A stretch of DNA of 64,000 bases from Octopus sinensis (Eukaryota). The stretch spans positions 18,414,001 through 18,478,000 of the forward strand of contig NC_043003.1 of assembly GCF_006345805.1 (NCBI RefSeq), read 5' to 3'. The notes under the pieces are model-generated. The model saw only the letters and a list, made by a program, of their open reading frames with translations. It did no database searches and was not told where the DNA came from. Positions 38,360 through 50,829 of the stretch are shown here, piece after piece. The position numbers and the translations under genes were made by a program. Every line of letters starts with the position of its first letter. Position 1 is the stretch's first letter.

Positions 38360-38727
38360 GGCAAGCTGGCAGAATTGTTAATGTACCAGGGAAACTGCTT
38401 ATCAGCATTTTCTCTGGTACTTTATACTTTGAGTTCAAATGCCCCAAGATCAACTCTGCTTTTCATCCTTTTGGGGTTGATAAAACAAAGTACCTATTTT
38501 TTTACTACCCACAAGGGGCTAAACACAGAGAGGACAAACAAGGACAGACGAATGGATTAAGTCGATTATATCGACCCCAGTGCATAACTGGTACTTAATT
38601 TATCGACCACGAAAGGATGAAAGGCAAAGTCGACCAAGACGGAATTTGAACTCAGAACGTAATGGCAGACAAAATACGGCTACTCATTTCGCCCAGCGTG
38701 CTAACAATTCTGCCAGCTCGCCACCTT
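38360..38727. mobile_element. Inverted pair of family 1 SINEs
   Basis: Plus copy 38360-38495; minus copy with tail A 38497-38727. Confidence 0.8.
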
Positions 38728-39404
38728 AAAACAAAGTACCAGGGAAGTACTAGGGTTGATGTGATCAAGTATTCTTGCCACCTTCTAAAATTGCTGGCTT
38801 TGTGCCAAAATAAGAAAGAATAATTGCTTGTAAAGTACATCAGACATGATGGAATTATAACAGAACGCTCAGATTATTGGAATTCAGTTAACCTCAAAAT
38901 TACTTAATTTACTGATAATGGTTCACAGAATTGATAAATTATTGTCTTAAAGTCTTTTGGTGATCAATTGATTGATTATGTATTACACTAGATGGCATCT
39001 GAAAAATTATATAATTAAGTAAAACAATGTCTGGCTTAGGAATTTTGCAGACAGCTTTCAGTTTTGTTTCCATCCTGAATTCAAGATGGTGAGCTGGTAG
39101 AATTGTTAGTGTGTCAGGCACAATGCTTTAGAGGCATTTCTTCTGACCCTTTATGTTTTGAGTTCAAATTCTACCAAGGTTGATTTTTGCTTTTCATCCT
39201 TTCAGCACTGGGGTCAATGTAATCAACTCTTCTCCCCTGCTCTTAAAATTGCTGGCCTTGTGCCAAAATTTGAAACAAGTATTTATTACTAAATTCACTT
39301 TGATATACATTGTTAATAAAGACCTATTAACAAAGTCCCTTTTACTGTTTACTTGCTTCCAGCATTCAACTGGACCATGATGTATATAAATACATACATT
39401 TGTT

Positions 39405-39613
39405 TCTATTTGTTTCAGTCATTTGACTGCGGCCATGCTGGAGCACCGCTTTTAGTTGAGCAAATCAACCCCAGGACTTATTCTTTGTAAGCCTAATTCT
39501 TATTCTATCGGTATCTTTTGCCGAACCACTAAGTTACAGGGACATAAACACACCAGCATCAGTTGTCAAGTGATGTTGGTGGGACAAACACAGACACACA
39601 CACACATACATAT

Positions 39614-39670
<57 letters not shown>

Positions 39671-39815
39671 CGTCAGGCTTCTTTCAGTTTCTGTCTACCA
39701 AATCCACTCACAAGGCTTTGGCCGGCCTGAGGCTGTAGTAGAAGACACTTGCCCAAGGTACCACACTGTGGGACTGAACCCAGAACCATGTGGTTAGTAA
39801 GCAAGCTACTAACCA
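39405..39815 (-). mobile_element. SINE family 2
   Basis: Near-full copy with (TA)n. Confidence 0.85.
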
Positions 39816-40004
39816 CTGAGCTTCGCATAGTTTCCATCTACCAAATCAACTCACAAGGCTTTGGTCAGCCTGGGGCTATGGAAAAAAATCACTTGCCCAA
39901 TGTGCTGCTCAGGAGGATTGAACCCACAACCACATAGTTGCAAAGCAAACTCCTTAACCACACAGCCATGCCAGTGGGTTTTCAGGTAATAGATATAGCA
40001 TTAA

Positions 40005-40223
40005 CCTTTAGCATTTAAACTGTCCATACCAGGCCTGAATATTCAATCTGTTTTATGCTCAAACCAGCCAGATCTGGCCTCTTACACCTACCCTACAATG
40101 TCATTCTAAAAATAAGCAACCACATCATCAACATCTTGAAGCTATGAGATAATGCATCATTAATTCAAAACAATGTGAATAAATAAGCTTTACATTTGAC
40201 AGAAAAATCTGAATGCTAAATGG
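40005..40223. mobile_element. piggyBac-like MITE, same family as 59066-59275
   Basis: TTAA|CCTTTAGCATT...GAATGCTAAATGG|CTAA. Confidence 0.7.
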
Positions 40224-40305
40224 CTAATAACAGCTTATTAACAAAAGCATATCATTTAATAATAAACAGTTTTGAAGGATTTTTTTGGTTAACAGGAACC
40301 TATAA

Positions 40306-41130
40306 AGGCAGCGAGCTGGCAGAAACGTTAGCATGCCGGGTGAAATGCTTAGCGGTATTTTGTCTGCCGTTACGTTCTGAGTTCAAATTCTGCCAAGATC
40401 GACTTTGCCTTTGATCCTTTCGAGGTCAATTAAATAAGTACCAGTTATGCACTGGGGTCGATATAATCGACTTAATCTGTTTGTCTGTCCTTGTTTGTCC
40501 CTCTGTGTTTAGCCCCTTGTGGGTAGTAAAGAAATAGGTATTTTGTCTGCTGTTAATCGACTTTGCCTTTGATCCTTTCGAGGTCAATTAAATAAGTACC
40601 AGTTATGCACTGGGGTCGATATAATCGACTTAATCTGTTTGTCTGTCCTTGTTTGTCCCTCTGTGTTTAGCCCCTTGTGGGTAGTAAAGAAATAGGTATT
40701 TTGTCTGCTGTTATGTTCTGAGTTCAAATTCCGCCAAGGTCGACTTTGCCTTTCATCCATTTGGGGTCAATAAATTAAGTACCTGTTATGCACTGGGGTC
40801 GATGTAATCGACTTAATCCATTTATCTGTCCTTGTTTGTCTCCACCATGTTTAGCCCCTTGTGGGTAATAAAGAAATAAGGAACTTATTACTGGTGTATT
40901 TGATTTCTTATTTCTTTACTGCCCACAAGGGGCTAAACACAGAGGAGACAAACAAGGACAGACAAAGGGTTTAAGTCGATTACATTGATCCCAGTGCGTA
41001 ACTGGTACTTATTTAATCGACCCCGAAAGGATCAAAGGCAAAGTTGACCTCGGCGGAATTTGAACTCAGAACGTAGCAGCAGACGAAATACTACTAATCA
41101 TTTCGCCCGGTTTGCTAGCATTTCTGCCAG
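40306..41130. mobile_element. Family 1 SINE cluster: tandem plus copies with a near-exact ~158-bp duplication, then an inverted copy
   Basis: 40400-40555 is repeated at 40558-40713; minus copy at 40905-41130. Confidence 0.85.
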
Positions 41131-41459
41131 TGTGATTTCTAACATTGGCACACGTCTAGAGAATTTTTAAGCGGGTACAGTCAATTGTATTGAGCTTAGT
41201 ACTTGACCGTAATTTCATTATATCAAACCTAGAAGGATGAAAGGTAAAGTTGACCGCAGCGTGTGATATTAAGAGCGCATTTCCCACAGGGTGAGAAAAC
41301 AGGAGACTGTTAATTAAGATGGTAGAATAATCGAATGCATAATGATATTAATAATGTTCAATAAATCTTTATTGGTTCAGAAGAAACTTCATCTCTTTAT
41401 ATTGGAAACAGGACGTGTATAAATTAATATGTCTATGTGTGGGAGTGGATGTGTATGTT

Positions 41460-41511
<52 letters not shown>

Positions 41512-42699
41512 TGTAGTATTGGTTTTGGACGTGTGTAGGTATGAGAAAATACTACAAAACTTGCTGAACCGCAAATCTGTGAGAAAAGTGAATGGAGTTG
41601 GGAGGAGGCAGAAGTGAAAAGAGAATTTCTCAGGGACAACTTCTGTATGTAAAACAAACAGTTAAGTAAATATTAGCAGAGTCAATGTAACAAGCTTAGA
41701 ATGTTTAATTAATTATAATTACACTCATAATGAGAAGGAAAAAAAACCTGTTCATTAGCTTAATAGTTTATTCTAGTCACAAAACTCAAACAAGAAAACT
41801 GAAATTTAAATTAATAAGATTTAATGTGAGATAAGCATTTGGAAGTGAATCTGATGTTTAGCAGCAAGATGATTAATCCATGAATGTTTCAGTCTTATTA
41901 GACCTCGTCAGCAAAGAATTATCTTTACTAGTGCTTGCTTGGTCTTAAGATGAGTGAGAGATAGTGAACTTATTCAGCTTTGAAATAGCAAAAGAAGCAT
42001 CCATGTGGTCACTCAGCCTGCTAGAAATAGTAGTCAATTCTTATTCAAATTATACCCAACTATTCTGAAAAAGGAAGAACACATTCAGTAATATGTCCCT
42101 AGATGTATAATGCTACTCCTGAAAACAAGAGGAGATTATCACAGTTGTAATGTCTGTGATCATAAGTCTGTTCTGTTAGGTCTGACCTAGGGTTTAACAA
42201 CAAGTAAAGAACGTCAGGTGTGGCTTGGCTGGAATACCTATGATCATTAGCCTGCTCATTAGACTTGGGATCAAACAAAACTACCCTACATTGTAGGGTA
42301 GGTGCGAGAAACTGGATTGGATCAGTTTGAACATAAAACCGGTAGAATATTTGGGTCAGATATGGCCAGTTTAAATGCTAAAGAGTTTTTAAAATGTTAT
42401 ATAATTTAACCCATAAATATAAATAATTTACACTACAGACAATTATTAAATACTTTCAGTATTTTGTTCAATAAATTGAAGCACCAAATTCCAATTTGTA
42501 TTTTTTACATTTTTAAATATAATTTTGTTATTTTGTTGATATACCAAGCTGCTTCTCATAACTACTTATCTAACACTACCACCACCACCAGCAGCAGCAG
42601 CAGCACCACCACCACCGCCACAGTAAATGAAAGCACTAAGATATAAAAATTCTTTATGCGCAACAGACGCATGTTGTGTTATTTAGTACAATACATCTA

Positions 42700-42970
42700 T
42701 AAGAGACCGATGCCATGTAAAAAAAAGCACCTGTGCTGGTGCCACATACAAAGTAGCCATGCCAGTGTCATATAAAAAACACCTGCAGTGGAACCACATA
42801 AAAAGCATCTGGTACTCTGTAAAGTGGCTGGCATTAGGAAGGGCATCCAGCTGTAGAAACTGATGGCTGGAGCCTGGTGTAGCCCTCTGGCTTGCCAGAT
42901 CCTGTCAAACCATTCAACCCATGCCAGCATGGAAAATGGACATAAAATGATGATGACAATGATGATGATG
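42700..42970 (+). mobile_element. Diverged RTE 3' tail copy
   Basis: GGCATTAGGAAGGGCATCCAGCTGTAG...CCATGCCAGCATGGAAAATGGAC...GATGATG. Confidence 0.8.
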
Positions 42971-43117
42971 ATCCATAAGAGATATTATCTCTGGATGAAT
43001 ACTACAGTTAATTTGACTTTCTATGATGTATTTGCATTTGTCCATTTGATACCAATGTGCCTGAGACCAGCCCTAGCTCTATGATACTAATTTTGTGTTT
43101 TCAAGCAATCTAAATTA

Positions 43118-43630
43118 TTAGGTTGTCCAGAAAGTTTGTGCCGATTTTTAAAGGAAAGAAAAAGGTCAATAAATACTTGCCATTACATTTTTAATCAGCC
43201 AAATATGAACCATTTTGTTGCACAATGTGTCTCCATCTTTCCTTTGACTTGAAAATACCCTCTTCCCAGAAATGAGGTGGTTTCATGGCAAAGAATTCAT
43301 AAAAGTATCTTTTTACGTCATCCAAGGAATTGAAATTTTTACCATTAAGACTATTCTGCAGGGTGGGGTAACACATCCCAGCCGAGCTGCAGCAATTTTT
43401 GTCTGGTTCCCAAAACATCAAGTGCCGAAAATGAACTTTCTTATCTTCCATTTTAAAGGGTTACAGAATTAACACAAGTTATAGGAACATAAATCTTCCA
43501 CGAAATGATAGCTTCAACTCTGCTCTAAATGGAGGTGTAGTCAAATCATATTTTATGGACTCAACCATGTTCTAAAATAAGTCGAAAGGTAAGCTACTAT
43601 AAATTGGCACGAACTTTCTGGACAACCCAA
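43118..43630 (-). mobile_element. Internally deleted mariner, second copy of 7927-8487
   Basis: TA|TTAGGTTGTCCAGAAAGTTTGTGCC...GGCACGAACTTTCTGGACAACCCAA|TA; same deletion junction. Confidence 0.9.
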
Positions 43631-43656
43631 TACATACATACATACATATAGATATA

Positions 43657-43892
43657 CAGGGTTGGCCAAAAGTCAGCCGACAGTAAATCAAATTCCATAA
43701 ATACTTAATATTCAATTTTATTCATTCATTCCATTTATGAATGTTTAATAATTGAATGCTGTGAGTTAAAATCACTGTTTTTTTCTCTTCTCAGCATTTG
43801 TCTATTTATTAGCAAAGTCTCATATATAATAATTTAATTTTGGAATTAAATGATTTTTTTTATTTACTGTCGGGTGACTTTTGGCCAACCTG
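43657..43892. mobile_element. Tc1/mariner MITE
   Basis: About 31-bp TIR CAG(G)GTTGGCCAAAAGTCA(G/C)CCGACAGTAAAT; TA on the left side. Confidence 0.8.
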
Positions 43893-43954
43893 TGTGTATA
43901 ATTGGAACAATCTATAAATTGGCACAAACTTTCTGGACAACCCAATAAAATCAT

Positions 43955-44287
43955 TTATCAAAATTTCATGCTAATTTATGCTCCAAAATGTGCCTAAGAC
44001 CCTAATTCTAGGATACAAATGTTGTACTTTCAAGTGATCTAAATTAAAATCATCCCTCAAAATTTCATGCTGATTTATGCCCCCAAACCTGCCTAAGAAC
44101 CTAGTTCTATGATACAAATTCTGTATTTTCAAGTGATTGAAATAAAGACTTTCTATCAAAAGTTTGTTCTAATTTATGTCCAAAATAACAGCTTAATCCC
44201 AAAAGAGTTATTTTACTAAATTCTTCATTATTTCCAGAACTTATTGAAAGAGTGTATTACAACAGAAATATGGCAATAAACAGGTTA
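43955..44287. repeat. About 99-bp x3 subrepeats ending in a piggyBac-MITE-like terminus
   Basis: AAAATTTCATGCT at 43960 and 44059, degenerate at 44157; end CAGAAATATGGCAATAAACAGGTTAG resembles 57137-57162. Confidence 0.65.
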
Positions 44288-45059
44288 GTCCTAAAATAAG
44301 TTCTTTTAAATTCCTTATTTATAAAGACACTTTAAATTACTTAATTATATCTGTGGTTTTGAGGTGCATCTGATATTCTCCTTTCTCATGTTGTTCTGCT
44401 TTTGACATCAGATATTCATCAATTTAGAAGAGTGCTCTCATCAACCACCAAAATTCGTTATTATCAGATCTTAGTAATTTCTTTGCAATGAACTTGCTAA
44501 TCACTTCACTTGCTTTTCCTTGAAATTTGCTTGTACTAAAACTGATCATTATCTCACTTAATTAAGCCAAGGTATGTTAAAAAACCATCTGAGAAAAATC
44601 ATCAAAAACAGTTGGTGTCGTTTGATGATTAGTATGTTTAATGAACTAATTAATCAAAACAAAAAGAAAAAAACAGAATGTTTGTGTTGAAAAGCCACAT
44701 CAACTGGAGGCGGTACCCCAGCATGGCCATAAGCTATGATGGCTACTAACATACAACCAAAGCTAAAGAACATCAAGCTAATAAAATTTTAGTGTAAAAG
44801 CAACATTTTATTTGTTAGGATCCAACATTGTGGGAAGTCTTTTCATTAAAATAAATGATTTCAAAGGGTTGCAAAATGTCATACAACCTGTTGTTGTTGT
44901 ACAAGCTTGTTGAAGGATACCAATGATCAAAGGTGTTCCAGCCAGAGCCTTCCTAGCAGATGGTTTTGGGTTCAGTCCCACTGCACGGCAACTTGAGTCA
45001 ACCAACGCTTTGTGAGTGAATTTTATAGGTGGAAACTGTGTAGATGCCTGTTGTTTAGT

Positions 45060-45105
45060 TATATCTATATCCATATCTATCTATTCATTTATCTATTTAT
45101 CTATC

Positions 45106-45136
<31 letters not shown>

Positions 45137-45207
45137 TTATCTATCTTTCTATCTATCTAGCTATCTATCTATTTATCTATCTATCTATCTTTCTATCTAT
45201 CTATCTA

Positions 45208-45250
<43 letters not shown>

Positions 45251-45251
45251 C

Positions 45252-45282
<31 letters not shown>

Positions 45283-45283
45283 C

Positions 45284-45322
<39 letters not shown>

Positions 45323-45440
45323 GTCTGACTGTCTATATGTCTGACTGTCTGTCTATATGTCTGTCTGTCTACATGTCTGACTGTCTATCTGTCTAAATGT
45401 CTGTCTGTCTATATGTCTGCCTGCCTATATGTCTGTCTGT
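45060..45440. repeat. (CTAT)n/(CTGT)n microsatellite following a family 2 SINE head
   Basis: Directly visible. Confidence 0.95.
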
Positions 45441-45937
45441 CTGAGAGGGATGATGATGGAGCTGTGTTGGGATATCCTGACAAGGTACAGTGATGAAGAT
45501 CATTTTAAGTGAATATAAGTGGTACAGAGGATGAGTCAAGATGAATGGGCATGGAGGGAGAGAGGAGGGACATTTCATTTCATAAGAGTGTGGTTGGCGA
45601 TGGTTAGAGATGGGGTAGAGGTAATTTTGTAATTTTATTTCCAAGAAAAATCATGCCCTTGTAGGAAGTGAGGTTGGCACTGGATTGGTGCCTCACAATT
45701 CCTTACATAGTCGTGGAAAGGAAAATAGCAGGAACAAGAATCTCCGAACAAATAATAATAATTTATTTCGCTGAATAAACATTTCATCTCTGGACATTGG
45801 TAGCCTGGACGCCTTGGTGTATGAGAAGCAGCAGGGTTGGTAGTTAGACACAAAGATACGTAGGCATTTTCAAAGACTTGCAATGTCGCTCACCGTCAGA
45901 AGTCTAAGTTGCATCTTGTCTGGTCAGAAGCCGGGGC

Positions 45938-46629
45938 CGAAGAGAGAGGGCATGGCGATCAAACCTAGCTGCTGCTGATGACTGCGCATGTGCATAAGGG
46001 GCTTCCGGCAGATTTTCCGGAAGGCTCTAATCCCTGGGAATGCGTGAATGGAAATCCCAAAATGGCATTGGAACCAGGCATCACTACGCCCCTTTTAATT
46101 TACGTAGCACCCCTTGTGAGCTCTGAATGTTCTCTGCCAAGGAGTTACTATCCCCAAGGTTAAGCACGAAGAGAGAGAGAATGGCGGTCAAACCTAGCTG
46201 CTGCTGATGACTGCGCATGCGCATAAAGGGCTTCCGGCAGGCTTTCCAGAAGGCTCTAATCCCTGTGCATGCGTGGATGAAAATCCCAAAATGGCATCTG
46301 GAACCAGGCATCACTACGCCCCTTTTAATTTACGTAGCACCCCTTGTGAGCTCTGAATGTTCTCTGCCAAGGGGGTTACTATCCCCAAGGTTAAGCACGA
46401 AGGGAGAGAGAATGGCGGTCAAACCTAGCTGCTGCTGATGACTACGCATGCGCATAAGGGGCTTCCGGCAGGCTTTCCGGAAGGTTCTAATCCCTGTGCA
46501 TGCGTGGATGAAAATCCCAAAATGATGTTGGGAACCAGGTGTCACTACACCCCTTTTCATTTACGTAGCACCCCTTGTGAGCTTAGAATATTCTCTGCCA
46601 AGGGGGGTACTATCCCCAAGGTTAAGCAC
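45938..46629. repeat. CpG-rich tandem repeat, about 230 bp x3, unclassified
   Basis: Units start at 45938, 46167 and 46398; the last ends GGTTAAGCAC at 46629. Confidence 0.93.
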
Positions 46630-47257
46630 CACTACTCTTTGAATATATTATCATATCGAGAGAGTCGGTAGTAGCAAGTGATATCAGTAGCAGCTAGTAC
46701 TGCGTAATTACATTTCGTGTATTTACACCGAACGAAACAATAAACTGAATACCAAATATTACAAGTGTGTTCAATTCATGTCACTTATAATGGGAAGTAT
46801 AGAGTATAAGAGCAGGTGTCTAGTAGAAGCAATCTTGCTTTTTGCTTGTTGAAGCTAAGTGGTAGGAAAACATACAAGTGTGAAGTAGCTCAGCTGATAT
46901 TTTTCTGCAAAGAAAACATACTAAGGCAAAAGACAAGACTAAAACTAACAGATTTTAACTTGTTAGTCGTTTATTGATTAAGTGACAATTTTAAATATTT
47001 TTCTCAAATTTCTCTTCTCCAAAGAACAATTTTTATCTTGTTTCTGTTGAAGTCAATGTAAGAACTGACTTTTAAATATGACTTAGACACACACACTTCT
47101 GCAGCACTGTAAAAATAGTAAATCCTGTTGACGATATGAAATTGAATTAGTTCCATTTCTTCACCAAAGTAATGAAGAAATACAATTTGTCACAGAGCTA
47201 CACTGCTTTAGATTTGGAGATTAAACCAAATGAGGGAAAGTAAAAGAAACACCAGGT

Positions 47258-47338
<81 letters not shown>

Positions 47339-47789
47339 TATAATATATATATATATATTACGGAGATGTACTCGCATAGCAAGTAATTTGATCTGAGATC
47401 GTGTGCTGAAACGAAAACAATTGCAGCGTGGAAGGTGTTTATAAGCCATTTAAGAAACACACAAAAGCCGCAATTGTTTATATATATATATAACATATAA
47501 TTACATAGAAAATTTCACAGCTCTGCTCCACAGAGTTAAGACTGACACAAACAGAAATGGCAATCCTCAAAGAACCAAAGCATAGTTGCATTCTATTTAC
47601 AGTCTTGGCTGTGTGGTTAAGGAGTTCTTTTTGCAACTGCATGGCTTCTAGTTCAATTCCACAGTATAGCGCAAATCTCAGATCAACCAAAGCCTTATGA
47701 GTGAGATTTGATAGATGGAAACTGAAAGGAAGTTCGTTGAAAGGATCATTCTATTTGCTTTTTCAAAATGAAACAAAACCAACCATAAG

Positions 47790-48060
47790 ATGGGAAATAA
47801 TGTTTATTTTTGTATAATTCCACTTTAATTATATTGAAAAAGTTTTCTCCTAGATTTTTAATTGCAAATTATTTTGATCAGATCCTCACTACCACACCAT
47901 AAACACTTCGAAATTATATTTCCAATCATATAAACCACTTTGAATACCTTTTTAGTAAGTTTAAAATTATTTCTTTTGTACTGTAAACCATTTACCATTT
48001 CTGCAGTGACCACTTCCTTTCCTTGATGCCCTAAGCATCCAGTGCTTATTTTACTTCATA
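47790..48060. repeat. Old interspersed repeat, second copy at 59285-59555
   Basis: Shared AATAATGTTTATTTTT...GATCAGATCCTCA...TGTAAACCATTTACCATT...CAGTGCTTATTTT. Confidence 0.75.
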
Positions 48061-48864
48061 ATAAATCTAGCATTGGTCAAAGTGTATCAAGAGACAAACT
48101 GTGCCAATGTCAACCAATCAGAGCAGTGGACACAACAGAGTCAAAATTGCCAAAGATGGTTGATATTTAGCACGAGATAATTTCTAATATATCCCTCAAA
48201 CAATGAGGATATCAGATACTCTACAGATCCCTCTAAAGAGCTGAACTCCAGAGTTTTTAAAAGCTTGCTTTAAAGTACCAGAATGTTCCATGAGAAATTT
48301 AGATGCAATAATTAAACTTTTATTTTTGTCTGTTAATGACTATCAAAAAACATATTATCAAATATGATTGGCTGGAAAAAAAAAAACAATGTCAGCAGGT
48401 GTTATTATAGAATTCAGGGATAAAGCCAAAATTAATCCTGGTCAACATGATCAAATGTACTAATATCAATTACTAATGGCTATTAATGGCATTACTGAAT
48501 ATGATATTATACACATGTGGTTTTGACTTTCAAGAATTACTGTTCCAGGTTCAAATTTGAGGGAAGCTCCTCACTACAAGTTTTATCAGAATATAGGAGA
48601 AAACCCCTTGCTCCCTATTTAGTGAGTTAAAATCCCACTGAGATCAAATTTGCCTTTCATCCTTTAGGAGTTAACAGATTAAAGTAGGAATCTAAAGTAG
48701 TGGATTAGCAGGATTAGCTATGTGATTAAGAATCTTACTCAACCACATGGTTTCAGGTTCAGTCCCCAGTGTGTGTGTGTGTGTGTGTTCCATCTAACTC
48801 ATGCAAGCATAGAAAATAGACATTAAATGATGATGACGATAATAATGTATATAGTTGTATATAG

Positions 48865-49249
48865 GCATAGGAGTGGCTGTGTGGTAAGTAGCTGCTTACC
48901 AACTACACGGTTCTGGGTTCAGTCCCACTGCATGGCACCTTGGGCAAGTGTCTTCTACTATAACCTCGGGTCAACCAAAGCCTTGTGAGTGGATTTGGTA
49001 GATGGAAACTGAAAGAAGCCTGTCGTATATATGTATATGTGTGTGTGTTTGTGTGTCTGTGTTTGTCCCCCCAACTTCACTTGACAACCAATGCTGGTGT
49101 GTTTACGTCCCCATAACTTAACGGTTTGGCAAAAGAGATCAATAGAATAAGTACTAGGCTTACAAAGAATAAGTCCTTAGGATCGACTTGCTCTACTAAA
49201 AGGCAGTGCTCCAGCATGGCTGCAGTCAAATGACTGAAACAAATAAAAG

Positions 49250-49250
<1 letters not shown>
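48865..49250 (+). mobile_element. SINE family 2
   Basis: Full copy. Confidence 0.88.
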
Positions 49251-49280
<30 letters not shown>

Positions 49281-49974
49281 ATAAAAGAAGCAACAGGCAA
49301 GTAATAAACAAACAAATAAAAGAAAACAAAAACTTTATTCAGAGTAAACAAAACAGAAAAACAAAAACAAAAACAAAAGAAAAGAAGGAAAAAAAAAAAC
49401 AAGAGTTAAAAAGTTTAGAAACTGCAAGTTGTGAAAAAACAAACAAAAAGAAAAGATTATAAATAACCAGCAACAAGTAGCTTTGTTAGTTTGTACTGAA
49501 ATAAAAATGTTGTCATACTTGAAATACCAGGTTTTAAAAAAAAAAGGAATAAATAAGTAGGGGGGTGGGAGAAGAAGAAGGGGGGGAGGAGAAGAAGAAG
49601 AAGGAGGAGAAGAAGAAGGAGGAGAAGAAGGAGGAGGAGAAGAAGGAGGAGGGGGAGGAGAAGGGGAAGAAGAAGTGTAAGTGAAAAAAATATGGAAAAG
49701 CAGTGGCTCTGAAACTGAGAAAAGCCATCATTCCCACACCACTATCAATTCAGTGGAAATATTATTATCTTTGCCCTTCCAGCCTTCCTTATTTATCTTT
49801 TTTTAAACGTTTACTTGTTTCAGTCACTGCACTGTGGTCATGCTGGAGCATCGGCTGGAAGGGTTTAGCCATTTATTCTCAACCAGGGTCCATATGGCTC
49901 TTGGGGGGCCCTTATAAGATTTTGTCAGAATTTGTGTGTGATAAACCTGGTTATAATTCTACACTCTCTCTCTC

Positions 49975-50188
49975 TTTCTCTTTTACTTGTTTCAGTCATT
50001 GACTGCGGCCATGCTAGAGCACCGCCTTTAGTCGAGCAAATCGACCCCAGGACTTATTCTTTGTAAGCCTAGTACTTATTCTATCGGTCTCTTTTGCCAA
50101 ACCGCTAAGTTATAGAGATGTAAACACATCAGCATCGGTTGTCAAGCAATGTTGGGGGGACAAACACAGACACACAAACACATACAAA

Positions 50189-50220
<32 letters not shown>

Positions 50221-50385
50221 CGATGGGCTTCTTTCAGTTTCTGTCTACCAAATCCACTCACAAGGCTTTGGTCGGCCCGAGGCTATAGCAGAAGACACTT
50301 CCCCAAGGTGCCACACAGTGGGACTGAACCCAGAACCATGTGGTTCGTAAGCAAGCTACTTACCACACAGCCACTCCTATGCCTA
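49975..50385 (-). mobile_element. SINE family 2
   Basis: Full copy. Confidence 0.88.
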
Positions 50386-50479
50386 TATAAAGAATATTTT
50401 ATTTTATTTTATTTTTATTTTATTCACTATTATAGTTTGCAGTATTTTTAGTATTGGATATCATGATCATGATCATCAT

Positions 50480-50820
50480 TGTTTTCATTCGCTTCCCATG
50501 CTGGCATGGGTTGGACAGTTTGACTGAGGACTGGCAAGCCAGGAGGCTGCACCAGGCTCCAATCTGATCTGGCAAGGTTTTTCCAGCTGGATGCCCTTCC
50601 TAACGCCAACCACTGAAAGAGTGTAGTGGGTGCTTTTTACATACCACTGGCATGGAGGCCAGTCAGGCGGCACTGGCATTGACCATGCTCGAATGGTGCT
50701 CTTTACATGACACCTGTATGGGAGCCAGTTAGGTGGCACTGGCATTGACCACACTCAAACGGTGCTTTTTATGTGCCACCAGCACGGGAGCCAGTCTGGT
50801 GGCACTGGTATCAACCACAA
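50480..50820 (-). mobile_element. RTE 3' tail copy with three ~65-bp subrepeats
   Basis: The GGTGCTTTTTAC..GCCACC module recurs near 50630, 50695 and 50761. Confidence 0.8.
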
Positions 50821-50829
50821 TTACGATTA

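Noticed and set aside
44390-44580. Possible exon (plus-strand acceptor at 44410 and donor CAAG|GTATGT at 44571; long minus frame)
   Set aside because: All plus frames contain stops, the minus frame has an internal stop, and no homology was recognised.
45440-45930. Possible retroelement ORF remnant next to the 230-bp repeat
   Set aside because: Only vague motif resemblance in any frame.
45970-46070. Canonical hammerhead in the 230-bp repeat (CTGATGA...GAAA)
   Set aside because: There is an extra AT before GAAA, no valid stem III or NUH, and the GAAA is better explained as a GGAT-GAAA-ATCC tetraloop; unit 1 has GGAA.
46090-46200. Twister, HDV-like, U3/C-D snoRNA or telomerase RNA reading of the 230-bp repeat
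   Set aside because: Partial word matches only. P1/P3 pairings, the UAA cleavage context, U3 boxes A/A' and a CTAACCCT template are missing.
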